A DNA stretch of 63,790 nucleotides, filler included, from Octopus bimaculoides (GCF_001194135.2; 8 parts of 7 records of this genome joined end to end with filler, not necessarily neighbours in it); one strand, 5' to 3'. Numbered from the whole stretch's first letter, positions 36,247 to 50,461 are shown. Notes: generated from the letters alone by a model not told the origin. Numbers and translations: made by a program.

Positions 36247-36588
36247 TTGGGTTGTCCGGAAAGTTCGTGCCGATTTTTAAAGGAAAGAAAAAGGTCAATA
36301 AATACTTGCCATTACATTTTTAATCAACCAAATATGAACCATTTTGTTGCACAATGCGTCTCCATCTTTCCTTTAACTTGAAAATACCCTCTTCCCAGAA
36401 TTAAGGTGGTTTCATGGCAAAGAATTCATCAAGGTATCTTTTTACGTCATCCAAGGAATTGAAATTTTTACCATTAAGACTATTCTGCAGAGACCTGAAT
36501 AAGTGGAAATCCGAAGGAGCAATATCTGGTGAATATGGAGGGTGGGGTAACACATCCCAGCCGAGCTGCAGCAATTTTTGTCTGGTTC
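36247..36588 (-). mobile_element. Mariner transposon right end (transposase C-terminus and TIR); the remainder lies in an assembly gap
   Basis: Minus-strand LGWDVLPHPPYSPDIAPSDFHLFRSLQNSLNGKNF...PP*FWEEGIFKLKERWRRIVQQNGSY; TA|TTGGGTTGTCCGGAAAGTT TIR at 36245. Confidence 0.9.
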
Positions 36589-37490
36589 NNNNNNNNNNNN
36601 NNNNNNNNNNNNNNNNNNNNNNNNNNNNNNNNNNNNNNNNNNNNNNNNNNNNNNNNNNNNNNNNNNNNNNNNNNNNNNNNNNNNNNNNNNNNNNNNNNNN
36701 NNNNNNNNNNNNNNNNNNNNNNNNNNNNNNNNNNNNNNNNNNNNNNNNNNNNNNNNNNNNNNNNNNNNNNNNNNNNNNNNNNNNNNNNNNNNNNNNNNNN
36801 NNNNNNNNNNNNNNNNNNNNNNNNNNNNNNNNNNNNNNNNNNNNNNNNNNNNNNNNNNNNNNNNNNNNNNNNNNNNNNNNNNNNNNNNNNNNNNNNNNNN
36901 NNNNNNNNNNNNNNNNNNNNNNNNNNNNNNNNNNNNNNNNNNNNNNNNNNNNNNNNNNNNNNNNNNNNNNNNNNNNNNNNNNNNNNNNNNNNNNNNNNNN
37001 NNNNNNNNNNNTATATATATATATATATATATATTGTGCGTGTGTGTATACACACGCACAATAACGTAAAAGAAAACTTTTCCACATTGCTTCTTACAGA
37101 TTTCTCACCCGTTGTTTTTGTGTAAGTGTATGCAACTATTTGCATAAGTGATTGCTTAACTCAGCCTTTTTCGAAAAAGATTATGACTAACGGCGTGGCG
37201 TTCTAGTCATGATCATCTTGTTTTTCTTCTCAAGGCCAGCTGAAGAAATTAGAAATTCAGGCAGCAGTCCAGAGCGCCACGTGCTAGGGTGTACTACATC
37301 ATGTATTTAGAATCTTTCAAATACAAAGGCGGGTGCAGGCGTAACTATGTGGTAAGAAGCTTGCTTCTCAACCACATGGTTTGGGGTTCAGTTCCAGTGC
37401 CTGGCCCTTCGGCAAGCGTCTTCTACTAAAGCCTCGTGCCGACCAAAGCCTTGTGAGTTGACTTGGTAGACGGAAACTGGAAGAAGCCCA

Positions 37491-37548
<58 letters not shown>

Positions 37549-37769
37549 ATCCACCACCACCGCTTTACAACCGGTGCTGGTGTGTTTACGTTCTCGTAAC
37601 TAAGCGGTTAAGCGGAAGAGATCGATAGAATAAGTACGAGGCTTTAGAAAAAATTAGTACTAGGGTCGATACATTCGACCAAAAGTTCTTCAAGTCGGTG
37701 CCGCAGTCTAATGACTGAAACACATGAAAGAAAAAGTGAAAAAGTCGAACTTATTTTAAAATATTGCGT

Positions 37770-38125
37770 AGGTTTTATTAATATATGTGATCTCTTGACT
37801 GAACTTGACATCACAAAAGAATTATTTCCTGAAGAAACAAAGCTTCCGATAGAAGCAGTTAAATCTTTCAGTAGTGATAAGTTACGCGATGTTATGCCAA
37901 ATCTGTGGATTGCATTAGCAAGAATATTTACAACACATATAATGGTGGTCACGGAGGAGAGAAGATATAATAAAGACATATTTACAGTCTCCCATGACAG
38001 ATTAAATTCTCTGGCAATTTTGTGAACAGAAAATGAGTGTAAAAAAAACCCCAGAAAATATAGATTTAGGAAGTGCTATGAAAACATTTGCAGATATAAA
38101 CTCGAGAAAAAATGTTTTAGTTAGG
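37770..38125 (+). pseudogene. hAT transposase C-terminal dimerisation-domain remnant
   Basis: MPNLWIALARIFTT...ER....SHDRLNSLAIL*TENE...IDLGSAMKTFADINSRK, with indels. Confidence 0.7.
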
Positions 38126-38607
38126 ATTATGTGCTTCGCAGCAACTGATTTTTTCTTTTTTTGTTTTCTTTTTTGATTGCTTTTTTTTATGATCATATTC
38201 TTTAATCTCTTAGGAGAAAATTAGTTACATCTACAAAGAGAGGCATCTTTCGGACTGCTCATCTTCATCTACTCAGCGTTTATTTGTAACAAAAATTTAT
38301 CAAAAATATTATCAGAAATGTAGATACGGTCTGTTCTCTAATTACCTTAATGAAAAGATTTAAAACTTTGATGCTGTGTTTCAACTGTTCTTTTTAGCAG
38401 GCATAATACACCAAGCGGTGGAGGCGCAATGGCCCAGTGGTTAGGGCACTGGACTCGCGGTCATAAGATCGCGGTTTCAATTCCCAGACCGGGCGTTGTG
38501 AGTGTTTATTGAGCGAGAACACCTAAAGCTCCACGAGGCTCCGGCAGGGGATGGTGGCGAACCCTGCTGTACTCTTTCACCACAACTTTCTCTCACTCTT
38601 ACTCCGA

Positions 38608-38787
38608 AATAATGTCTTCACCACTTGACCCTTATAACCTCTTCTTCTTCACCAAAAGCTAGAATAGAGATATCACAGAAACCACAAACGAAGCCTATTG
38701 TTCTCAACTATCCTTCTGGATTGTTATAAAAGCAAGAACCCGCAAGCAAAAGACAGTCAGTCACTTGGTGATGACTTGTGAGTTGAG

Positions 38788-38827
<40 letters not shown>

Positions 38828-39183
38828 AACATCAATTAGTGAACGGACCGCTAGAACCTTGGTCAGAGGGAGAAATGAAGTTTACTATCAGCGACTATGC
38901 GAGTCTTCGCCACACACTCTCACTAGCTCTAATTCTGTTCTCTTACATCATTCTATCTCGCTCTGTAATTACCACTAAACAATGAAGAGAACACAAACAC
39001 AAATTACACATCTATCATTACTTCGCATGTTTTACGATATCATCACCTGCCCGTCGAGGCAAGGTATTGTAACGTAACGGTAAATAAATACTTTCTTAAA
39101 GCTTCATGCATTGTTCATCTCTCACATCCTACAACAAGCCGTTATCATAACAAATTTTTATCGTTACAACTGCTGGCTCCGAC
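38608..39183 (+). mobile_element. Diverged LTR of the same family with a degenerate PBS
   Basis: Shares AATAATGTCTT.ACCACTTGACCC, GCAAAAG, GGTAAATAAATA and GTTACA; followed by ACTGCTGGCTCCGAC. Confidence 0.5.
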
Positions 39184-39219
39184 ATTTCATATTATTGTTT
39201 ACTAATCAATTTTACCCGT

Positions 39220-39260
<41 letters not shown>

Positions 39261-39378
39261 GTGTGTGTATTTAAATTCAATAATAGGACGAATTCTTTTA
39301 CAAGAATTTATCAAGTAGCTAGCATGAAAAAACCTCATAAGGGAAAAAATCCATCATTTATTCCCGAAATATATATTT

Positions 39379-39495
39379 ATATTTATATAAGGGCATTACT
39401 ATACAATAATGCCTCACGCTATGAGGGACTCTAAGGTCAGACTACCATAAAAAGCACATTTTTACCGAACGCGAGGAATGCCCTTATATAAATAT
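39379..39495. mobile_element. Small fold-back element with perfect 19-bp IRs
   Basis: ATATTTATATAAGGGCATT (39379-97) / AATGCCCTTATATAAATAT (39477-95); abuts a gap. Confidence 0.5.
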
Positions 39496-39893
39496 NNNNN
39501 NNNNNNNNNNNNNNNNNNNNNNNNNNNNNNNNNNNNNNNNNNNNNNNNNNNNNNNNNNNNNNNNNNNNNNNNNNNNNNNNNNNNNNNNNNNNNNNNNNNN
39601 NNNNNNNNNNNNNNNNNNNNNNNNNNNNNNNNNNNNNNNNNNNNNNNNNNNNNNNNNNNNNNNNNNNNNNNNNNNNNNNNNNNNNNNNNNNNNNNNNNNN
39701 NNNNNNNNNNNNNNNNNNNNNNNNNNNNNNNNNNNNNNNNNNNNNNNNNNNNNNNNNNNNNNNNNNNNNNNNNNNNNNNNNNNNNNNNNNNNNNNNNNNN
39801 NNNNNNNNNNNNNNNNNNNNNNNNNNNNNNNNNNNNNTTAAACGATCAAATGTTCACAGAAATTTCAATGAGTTTCAGAGGGATAGATAGTTA

Positions 39894-40287
39894 TGTAAGC
39901 GGAGGAATTTCAACCATGTTTCGTGTTCTGCTACCACAACAGCTCCTTTATAGGATTCAGTTAGCTCAAGACATCATCAGGAGGAACCAAGTCCGGTTTC
40001 GGCCCCTACTCCTCTACCGTTTTGACGTGGCGGGGCCACCCCCTTTCGGAGGTGTCTTCAGCTCTGGTGTTGGGTGCATGTCTTCTTTCACTGTTTGTGA
40101 CTGTTCTAATTCAACTGTTGAATGTCCCTCGCTATAGTTATCTTCCAGGAGGTTCTGGCCACACGTCTTACCGTTCATCAACCCGCGTTGTTGAATTACT
40201 TTCTTCCGACATACCTTCCCTTGGTGGATTAGAATCCAGTTAGCTGAAGACATCATCAGGAGGAACCACGTCCGGTTTCGGCCCCTA
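39894..40287. mobile_element. Second LTR-like copy with an internal ~280-bp direct repeat, truncated by a gap
   Basis: Highly similar to 27560-27750; GTTAGCT(C/G)AAGACATCATCAGGAGGAACC occurs at about 39960 and 40240. Confidence 0.6.
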
Positions 40288-40542
40288 NNNNNNNNNNNNN
40301 NNNNNNNNNNNNNNNNNNNNNNNNNNNNNNNTTAATTAATTAANNNNNNNNNNNNNNNNNNNNNNNNNNNNNNNNNNNNNNNNNNNNGTACATGTCAAAA
40401 TCCTTTATTTATTTAATTTCTAATGAACATAAATGGGATATACCAATACTATATTTGCATACACATACATAAACTAAAAATATGCAAAAGAAACTAATAA
40501 ATTATAGTCACTAATGAATATATATACAAATATAAATATTTA

Positions 40543-41079
40543 GGGGTGGAAAAAGTATTCTTACAGAACATAAATAACTGGTAATTCTGATTAATACTTC
40601 GTAGCATAACCGTTATTCAGTTCCACTTCAACCAACCTCTTCTTGTAGTTCTTAATCAATGACTCGCATGTTTCTTTAGGAATTTTTTCCCATTCTTCTT
40701 GACAAATTTTCTTCAAATCTGAAATGCACATTGGGGCTGTTGGATGAGTTTTAATTTTCAAATAACGCCACAAATTTTCAATAGGGTTCACGTCAGGTGA
40801 CTGGCTTGGCCAATTCTAATAATTTTATATTGTGATTGATAATCCATTTTTGGTAGACTTCGCCGTGTGCTTAGGGTACTTATCCTGTTGTAAAACCCAC
40901 ACTTCACAAAGCTGGTGCTTTTCTCCAGAGTCCCATAATTTATTGTTCAAAATATTTTGGTACATCTCTGCATTCATTCTACCATCTATCACATGTAAAT
41001 TGCCAGTGCCGTTTGCATTGAAACACCCCTACACAATGATGTTGCCACCTCCAAAGTTTACAGTAGAAATTGTATCTTT

Positions 41080-41085
<6 letters not shown>
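40543..41085 (-). mobile_element. Tc1-family transposase fragment and terminal repeat
   Basis: Minus-strand QQDKYPKHTAKST, WPSQSPDVNPIENLW...EEWEKIP...LIKNYKKRL...NNGYATKY*; TA-GGGGTGGAAAAAGTATT terminus. Confidence 0.85.
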
Positions 41086-41148
<63 letters not shown>

Positions 41149-41759
41149 TATGTCCACCTGCTTGTGTGTTTATATCTTCATTTATATATGAATATACTAA
41201 TGTGTTAATGAAAATGATTGTTCGCGAAAGTGTGACGATTATATTTTTGAGTGATTAGTCATCTGGAGATACGATTCAAATTATACAGCTATATCTGCAA
41301 CACTGAAAGAAATGGAGAGACACATGATATTTTCTTGCTGACTAAGTTCAGTACTCAACACATATTCATGTAGGCCCTAGGAAGCATGAGCTTGGAGCTA
41401 TGAGTGATAATCAAGAAGGCAATAAAAGGAATAATGTTTTCTGAATGCATAATTCTTGTAAAATTTATTTATAGTTGTTTGTCGAATTATAAGTATATAT
41501 ATATGTATAGTAATCTCGTTCAAATCGCATATTCGCCCTTACTACATTTTACTCTAAGGATACGCGTCTGAAAATTACATACGTATTAAACATCATTTTC
41601 TTTTTCTTTCAGTAATAATCAACGCACACACATACATATGCATATATACGTATTATATACTTAACTTTTTCACAATTTGTATCTCTTTTTGAGTGAGTAG
41701 TGATCTCGAGACACGATTCAAATTAATATAGCTATATGTGCACACTGAAAGAACTGAAA

Positions 41760-41826
<67 letters not shown>

Positions 41827-43555
41827 ATCACACACACACACGCACACACACACGCACATATAAACAAACAATATATATTTCTATGAGCAACTAATTGTTT
41901 CATTCAACGTTAAGCTATCACATCATTTTCTTACACGTTTGGTGCTTTCACGCAATCCCCAGGGTGTGCAGATATCACATAACAAGCTGAAACACGACGA
42001 TAGGATGACAGAAAAACGAGAAAAGGCGCTGTAAAAGGTTGAAAGTTGAAAAACCGGATAACGAAAAAGAAAAGAAAACCAGAAAAAAAGAAGGATGGAT
42101 TAGAGTTATGTCCTCTTTGTTCGTGAAATCATAAAGCTGAATGTATAGTGGCTCATAATGGATAGTAGCTCATATTGTGACTATTAAATAAAGTTCGACT
42201 ATCATCAGAAGGAATATCTTTTAAAAATTTAGCTTATCATCATAGACCAAATGTTCTTGGTGCTCATTATCTCATTCCCTCCGGCGTATCGACTTTGCCT
42301 GACCAGTTGCATGGTGTGCCACACGTCAATTGTCGAAGTGATCTCGAGGTATGATACAATGCTTTGATCGAGAACGCAACAAACCACTTTCTAACAACTA
42401 GGCCATACACCATTATAGTCGTATATGTAATAAAAGGGAAGCTAAAAGAAAATGAGCTGTTTGATTTCGTGAATTTTATATTTCTATGCGCGCTAACAAA
42501 TAGAAATGTAATCGTGTATATTTCACACTTAAACACCTCAATTCAGCAAGAAGCAGTGTGATGATAAGAAAGAGATAAAGAAGAAAGAGTATACTGGAAG
42601 AATAAAGAGAAAATTAATTTTAAAAGTCTACTGGTTTACAGGTTTTCATTCTGTAAAAGATTTACCTTAGTGTTATGATTTTCTTAAATGCGCTTCTTTC
42701 TATCACTACCTTTTTTTTGAGGTAGCTAAACTATTTTGAATAAATCTTCAGTTAGTAAGGCAACCAATCAACTATTTGTCAGTTAAATATATTATTTTCC
42801 ATTTACCTATTCTCAGATTTGCAACAAATGTCAAATTAAAGGTAGTAATATATATTTTCTTTATTGTGAATGGAAATAATTCGCGGAAAGTTACTGTTCA
42901 TTTTGTTTATGTATGATGGAATTTTGAATAGAATATGACACTGTAATATTGGTTTCAAATTTTGGCAAGTTCATGGGAGGAATTACATCGATTACATCGA
43001 CCATCGACTCCAATTGTATGAAAGGCAAAGTCGACCTTGGCAGAATTTGAACTCAGAACGTAAAGACGGACGACGTGCCGCTAAGCATTTTGCCTGACGT
43101 GCAAACAATTGTGCCAGCCCACTTCCCTTCATAACATCTTAATATTAGTGAGAACAAAGGCGGTGCACTGGTTGAATCGTTATCACGCCGGGCAAACTGC
43201 TTAGCGGCATTTCATATATCTTTACTTTCTGAGTTCAAACTCCGCCAAGGTTGACTTTGCCTTTCATCATTCCTAGGTTTGATAAAATAAGTGCCAGCAG
43301 AGCCGTGGGGTCAAGATAATTTCACTTACAGCTCCCCAGAAAGTTCTGACTTTGTGCCAAAATTTGAAACCAATTACTTTTATTTAGGTAGTTACATGCT
43401 AATGACGAATAGCTTTGACACTGACAGGAGGGACTGATCCAGGTCACATTACACCTGGGAACGATTGTAACTAAATGGAGGATCCACAAACTTCAAAAGC
43501 CTGGAATTCCCCAAACAGTGCCCAACTACTAGATGCAGCATAATTATACCCAGAT

Positions 43556-43682
<127 letters not shown>

Positions 43683-44553
43683 TGTGTGTGTGTGTGTTCA
43701 TGTTTGTGTGCATGTATGCGCGCGTGTGTGGCTTTATGATTAGCGGGTTGCAGTCATTGTTGCGGCTTTGATTTCTGGCCCGAACAGTGTGTTGTATTCT
43801 TGAACAAAACATTTCATTTCAGGCTACTCCCGTCATTCAGCTGGCAAACATGAGTAATCGAACGAGGGATTGGCACTTCCTTCAGGGGTGAATATATTTA
43901 CCACAGAATTCGGGGAAAGACTTTTCAGCCTTGTATACACACACACACAAAAGTACGCACACACGCACATATACACACACGCACGCGCATGCACAGGCAG
44001 ACACACACACACACACACACACATGCTTATATATACAAGTATGTATATATATGTACATAAATACGCGCATACGTGCACGCACATATGAATGTATACATAC
44101 TTATACTGCGAAAGTGTAATTAAGGTTGTCTGGTCTTTAATGTACACAGTCAGTGACAACTGAATCTTGACGTGATGATTTAAAAGTGTTGCAGCTATTG
44201 CATCTATGATATCGAATGATAATATAGAAGTTTGCAAATCAGCTACCATAACAACATCACCAGTATATATAGTTTTTAACAACTGATTTTTCATTTTTGT
44301 ATCAGTTTATATATTGTAGTTTATTTCAGTTGACGCGTGTAAATGAAAATAATACGTATACATTTATGCGTAGGCACACATGCACATGTATAAATACAGT
44401 TATATGTGTGTGTGTGTATGTGTATGTGCGTGTGTATGTGTGAGTGTGCAAGTATGTTTACTTCTGTGCTTCACCGACATATATATATATAAATATACAC
44501 GCACACACACTCGCACATATATACTTACATGTATATATATATATATACATACA

Positions 44554-44589
<36 letters not shown>

Positions 44590-44697
44590 TATATATANNN
44601 NNNNNNNNNNNNNNNNNNNNNNNNNNNNNNNNNNNNNNNNNTTAATTAATTAANNNNNNNNNNNNNNNNNNNNNNNNNNNNNNNNNNNNNNNNNNNN

Positions 44698-45075
44698 TCC
44701 TTGTTAGGATGCGTGACAGACGTGATGTGCGGTGTGTTCGTGTTCTTCGTGGAGCTGAGTGTTGGACTGACCACCGCCTGGTACGTGCAAAAGTCAAATT
44801 AATCACAAAACGTAAAATCCGGGCTGCAGGTATTACCCTGCCTAAAAGACTGAACGTTGCTCGTCTTAGTTGTAATGGTGTGAAGAGAACTTTACGAGAG
44901 GAAATGAATGTTGCAGATTTTGGGGAAGATTGGTCTACCCTCAAAAAGTCAGTTTATGATATAGGCAGGAAAGTTCTGGGATTGATACAAAGAAAGCATC
45001 AAGATTGGTTTAAAGAAAATGATGAACATATTGATGATTTATTGGCTGTTAAAAGACGTACTTTGTCACGCTGTT
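44698..45075 (+). pseudogene. RTE-clade (BovB-like) LINE fragment, APE C-terminus and linker
   Basis: LVRMRDRRDVRCVRVLRGAECWTDHRLVRAK...PKRLNV...HQDWFKENDEHI. Confidence 0.85.
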
Positions 45076-46496
45076 TGTCAGCAAAGCCACATGCACATAT
45101 ACATACATGCGTACAAACGTATCCATTTATACTTATACACATATATGTATGTATATAATATGCTCAGAGCAGAGTAACACAAGTCTATATGGAAAACAAC
45201 TTTTAAGCCTTCGAAAAGATACACACATACACACCCACATACACACATACGCACACATACACGCACACAAACACACACATACATATACATACATAACACA
45301 CATACACACATTGGCAAAATCTGCTCAACTCATCGGAACTTGATTTATGCATGTGTTTGCATATTAAAAAAAAAAAAAAACTTTAAACATGGTAGCTCAT
45401 GATTGCCACAATCCAGCGACTGTCACCGTTAAAAAAATATATATTATAGCTCACTGATCAGTAAAATTTATTTATGTAACCACATAGTTTAAATTAGTTT
45501 CGCCGTGTGATACTCATTTTAAAAAATGGATGCCAAAATCAAGGATGAGCTCATTCGAACAATTTGTGGTGTGAGATAAGTGATATCTTTCAATTACAAT
45601 GCTGAAAGCCTAAACTCAGTTGAGAGAAATTCTAGAAAGACATCGGTTGAGTTCAAACCTGGGGAGTTGTTGGCTCCACCAGGTATAATTACTAATATTA
45701 TAACACAGTTACAAAGACCTAGTCTTCAATGATGTAAAAATATTGGTTTCATATTTTGGCACAAGGTCAGCAAGTTCGGGAGAGGGGGGTAAGTCGATTA
45801 CGTTGACCCCAGTATTTTATCGACTCCGAAAGGATGGATGGCAAAGTCAAAACGTAAAGACTGACGAAATGTCGCTAAGCATTTTTCCTGAAGTACTAAC
45901 AATTCTGCCAGCTCACTGACCTTAGTTAAAGCAAGAACATTAAGAATTAAAATGAAAATATTGCAATATAAACCGACAGTTAAAACATCACAGTTTTTGT
46001 TCATGAAATATTTTTCACTGTCTACTCCATTATTTAAATGCTCCACTTGATGTCTAGCAGTTCAAACAAAGTGTCTTTGTTGTTTCTTTGAAATTTAGAA
46101 ATAAATTCGCTTAATTTGTATAACGGAAAATAAATGGCGTTTGACAACTGAATATTTTATCTTTTTCTCTTCCCTCTCCCTCGTCTCCTCCCTCTCTCAT
46201 TCTCTTTTGACCCATATTTTCATTTGAATAAAGTATTTCCAATCATTCAGCACCACTACTGTACAACAATACTGCAAAAGATTCAGAGAACGTTAATAAC
46301 AACTGACACTGTATCATATAAGGAAATTGATATGGAACTTTGCGTCATTGAAAATATCTTAGTGTTTAAGCCGCATAAGAGTTGAAAATGTTTTGCCTTT
46401 TAAAATTTATAAATGAAAGCTATTTTTAAAATCTGGAATCATAAATTTAAATATGACACGAGAGCTTTGTATCTTATTTAATGGAATAGTGCACAG

Positions 46497-46664
46497 TCCT
46501 TGTACAGAAAAAAAAAAGACTAACATGTCATTACAACGAGGGAGACAGTATTCCTGAACGTTTTAATTCCGAAGATGGAAAATTAGAGATGTTTAGAGTG
46601 AGATTTGAGGATAAAGATTCAATGGATATGACGGGGGAAGAGATTGTCAATAGAACACATTGCA
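46497..46664 (+). CDS. Candidate internal exon (possible VFT to cysteine-rich-domain linker)
   Basis: Open frame LVQKKKRLTCHYNEGDSIPERFNSEDGKLEMFRVRFEDKDSMDMTGEEIVNRTHC ending tgca|GTATGA. The acceptor is uncertain: cacAG 46496, tacAG 46507 or gaAG 46574. The 46496 and 46574 acceptors are phase-compatible with the 33421-33583 exon. Confidence 0.3.
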
Positions 46665-46834
46665 GTATGAGTTAGTTATATCTGTGTATTTTTTGTATGC
46701 TTTTTAACTTCAAAGGGTAGCATTGTTATTCATCAAAATATATGATTAGAAACAGTGAAGCTTTAGATGTAGAGATGAACTAACAAATAGATCGACACAT
46801 AAATAGACATACATGTAAAACGGTATGTAGTTAA

Positions 46835-46880
<46 letters not shown>

Positions 46881-47989
46881 GGATGGATGGATGGATAGAT
46901 AGATAGACAGAGAGTGAACAAATATTGTTATGGATGAAGTGAAGGTATGACGGTAAAAAGGAAAGAACACTTAATTTTTTTTTTATTACAAACTATTAGG
47001 TTAAACATGAAATAGAATATATCTCTAAACAGCTTGTTGAAGGCACTAAAATATGCATAAAATAAATGTGTTCCTTTTGAATAAATATCAGTAGTGGAAT
47101 TGTCTTTGGGTAAATTGAATATACTGATGATTTGACATAAAAATTATTGTGTCCAAATTACAGCCTCTCACTCTTCCAGAACAGTGTCATAAGTCTCGAC
47201 CACAGTGTCGACAGATGCAGTATTCTTTAACATGAATAAAATTTGATTTAATTTACGCATCAATCTTGGTAAAGAATATGTTATTTTGTATTTGGAGGAG
47301 GAAAACATTTGAAGGACGATTGAGAAAATGTACAGCTACCTAGACAAACGGACGGATGGATGGATGCACTGAGCTGATGAAAGAAGGTAAGGGCAGGTCC
47401 TGAGGTATCAGAATGATACTTTATGGAGTCAATAACTCTGAGCCAGATAGCCTTTGTGACTGAAATTCATATGCAATTAATCGTAATATGCAATTAAGAG
47501 AATTCGTATAAAATATTGTGATTAGGTAATGTAGCTATGTCAAACACCTTTGGATTATATAATGAAACAAAAATAATACATTTTTTAAAACTTACAGTAC
47601 CGTTGAGGCGAGTGAGGATATCTGCAGAAATGGCGACTGAAAACAGTAGGAAATAATTATTTCCTTCCTGATGTATTAGAAAAGTCTTCTTATCGAGCTT
47701 TTCACTATGAAATCAAATACGTAATTGATATACAACAATTTTTCTTTACAAGCAAAAAAAAAAAACAAAGAAAAAATAACCAATAATTAAATTATTTCTT
47801 ATGTTTTCTGAAGGTGGAATGTTGTCTTTATTCGTTAAGCTAACCGTGTTTGCATATGAACTTGTAAATGTCTTTATGGTATCCAGTTAAAAAGTTCCGT
47901 TAGTTTTGTCTACAATTTGTAGCTGCTGTCAAACTACACTAATCTTCATAGGTATAAAAACTATGAACATTTCCTTAATTGTACTCTTG

Positions 47990-48880
47990 TAGGAATCTTC
48001 TTACTACTAAAAGAGCGATCTAACGACTATCGTTGAGATATGTAACACTATATTTTTACCGTCACAATCTTTACTATTTCTTGATTTTGCATTCAGGAAC
48101 GAAGTAACTTATTGTTCATATCACAGTCCGGATAGAGATCTTGAGTCAAATGCTCTTCAAACTGTTCTCCTGTCATCATAACATACTATAATACAAAACG
48201 GACGGTCAAAAAGCAACTGATGGAAATTTAAGTGCGTTCGCCGATTTTATGCTCAAATGAATAACTTTTAGCAATGTGTTTTTCTGGTCAAGGCCATTTA
48301 TTTAGTTATACTTGGAGATGGTCATTTTTTGCCAATTAAACACACGCACTAAGCAGGACAAGAGAATACACATGTGGTAGAGTTTATATGTATGTCAAAA
48401 AGATTTTGACACACATATAAACTAAAAATAATACGAATAAAAACTAAAATGAAGATTGAATAAATAGTGTGTGTGTTTAATTGACAACCAAAAAAATGAC
48501 CTTCTCCAAGTATAACGATATCTGTTTCAACATACATTTTCGCATCAAGAATCATGCAAAACAAATACTTAAACGTAGAAGCCGTTTACTTTTATTTCTG
48601 GTCGGCCATCAATGTCAAAAACCAGCTTTCTGACCAAACTTTTATAATGCCTCGTTGAATTACTGACGTTATGTTTGATGGAATCTGTCAAACAATACAA
48701 ATTTTCTCTTCCATCGGGTTATCTATCTGTCGAACTCTCTCAACCAGGTGGTAAATACCTCTCAGGTCATTCTGGCACTCTTGATGCTTTATAGGCTACA
48801 GCATCTGCTGATGGAATCTCCTTTGTTCTTTACTATTCTCGTTAAATAGTGATTTACTTTGTACTTCCTAAAAGGCTGGA
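47990..48880 (-). pseudogene. pogo/Tigger-like DDE transposase remnant, interrupted by a MITE at 48305-48516
   Basis: Minus-strand VAYKAS... and TWLREFDR*ITRWKRKFVLFD, resembling WLxxFDxxMxxxxRKILLFxD; acidic C-terminal remnant near 48100-48180. Confidence 0.5.
48305..48516. mobile_element. MITE with about 45-bp TIRs
   Basis: GTTATACTTGGAGATGGTCATTTTTTGCCAATTAAACACACGCACTA / TAGTGTGTGTGTTTAATTGACAACCAAAAAAATGACCTTCTCCAAGTATAAC. Confidence 0.7.
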
Positions 48881-49419
48881 TGCTTGTAACTGTAACACTG
48901 TTTTTGCATTCTAGTTACATACACTTATGTATGACGTGAGGGCAAGGGCAGGATGTTGGCAAAATGTTGGTGTCACTTTGCCGGAGGGCTGTATATACAG
49001 CGACATTAGTTCCTAGTATTAGGTACCGCACATGGGCGTGGTGGGATGTTGGCGCGAGTCAGTAGCTCAGTTGTCCTTCAGTGGTGTATGGACACATTAG
49101 TGACAGCAGTCTTTACATGACAGAAACCAAATTTAATGGTATTGGGTGACAATTGAAGTTACATAGTCAACGTAGCTGGGCTAGTCTATAAGGGTGGCAA
49201 GGTTTAAATATCCCGCACTTGTGAGGAAAACATTTAGGCTTCGGGTGGCATATGTGGGATTTCAGAAGTTCATTAACAGGGTGTACTTCTGATGGCAACA
49301 ATAAGGTAGGTCATTCTTCTTATTGACGGATACTGCAGGTTAATGCAGTTTCTCTCAAGTTGACAGGTGATTTTGAAACACTCTATTTGATGTTGGGGAA
49401 GTCATTTTCACTGTCACAG

Positions 49420-50285
49420 AGCCTGCAGATGAAGCGGGAATGTGTTGTATCGCACGTGCGACATACGATATAACGGGATAATAATAATGTCCTCGCAAAT
49501 CGTTCTACTCAAGATACTGGTTATAACCCTCGACAATACACAACTCTCGGCTTTACTCTGCTGAAGGTTATCTGCGCGTGTCCATTTATATTGTAGCACA
49601 GTCCATTAGGAGCCAACAAATAGGGGTGTTCTATTTCCATACAACAGAATGGGAGGTGAAGTTTTCCCCAGCACTGCACCTGAAAGAGTGCATTACCATG
49701 TATAACTTACCTTGCAGTTATTGGCTGTCATTCTCGTGCAGTGAATTGTGATGCATTTGGATCATGTGAGAGTGACTTTATAAACTACAGTCATTGCGAA
49801 GCAGGATCCTGCCAGCAGAAGTTTGTAGGATTTCGCTAGTTGCAGGTTGGAGTGTAGGTTGGAAGCCGTATTCGTCTATGTTTGCGCTTATTGTAGCGTG
49901 CGATGTTTGAAATGATATTGTTTGAACAGGAGTAGTTAATCTTGGTAATATTGAAGACTAGAGAGCTTATATCTACGGGTTCAAGGAACATGCTCTTTAA
50001 TTAGCGCAAGAAAACGTCTAGCTGTGTTAGTGGAAACATCTGGATTGAATAGAGGATTGAACCAGAGTACTTTTATTCTTTCTGACTCTCCTTGAGTTTG
50101 TGGGATGGTCTCCGTTTATAGTAATTTAAAACCACTCCTCGCCAACGCCTCATTGTAGAGAGGTACGGTCCTGTTGAAGGTCTCTTTCTCTGCTGATAGA
50201 TTAGAGATTCTTCTACTGATGCATGTGACAAAGTTTCTAATTACAACAGGGCGGCTGGTTGCAGTGTCTATAAATATAAACTGCC
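49420..50285 (-). mobile_element. Penelope-like element fragment (RT C-terminus and GIY-YIG region)
   Basis: Minus-strand RPVVIRNF..ISRRISNLSAEKETFNRTVPLYNEALARSGF, VLWFNPLFNPDVSTN, VVYKVT, KW.....CVLSR with stops and frameshifts. Confidence 0.75.
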
Positions 50286-50403
50286 TATGTATGTATGTAT
50301 GTATGTATGTATGTATGTGTGTATGTATGTATGTATGTTTGTATGTATGTATGTATGTATGTATGTATGTATGTATGCATGCATGTATGTATATGTATGT
50401 GTT

Positions 50404-50461
<58 letters not shown>

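Noticed and set aside
47179-47270. Good acceptor and donor pair downstream of the 46497 exon
   Set aside because: Stops occur in all three frames before the donor, and it does not encode the expected cysteine-rich CCWxC pattern.
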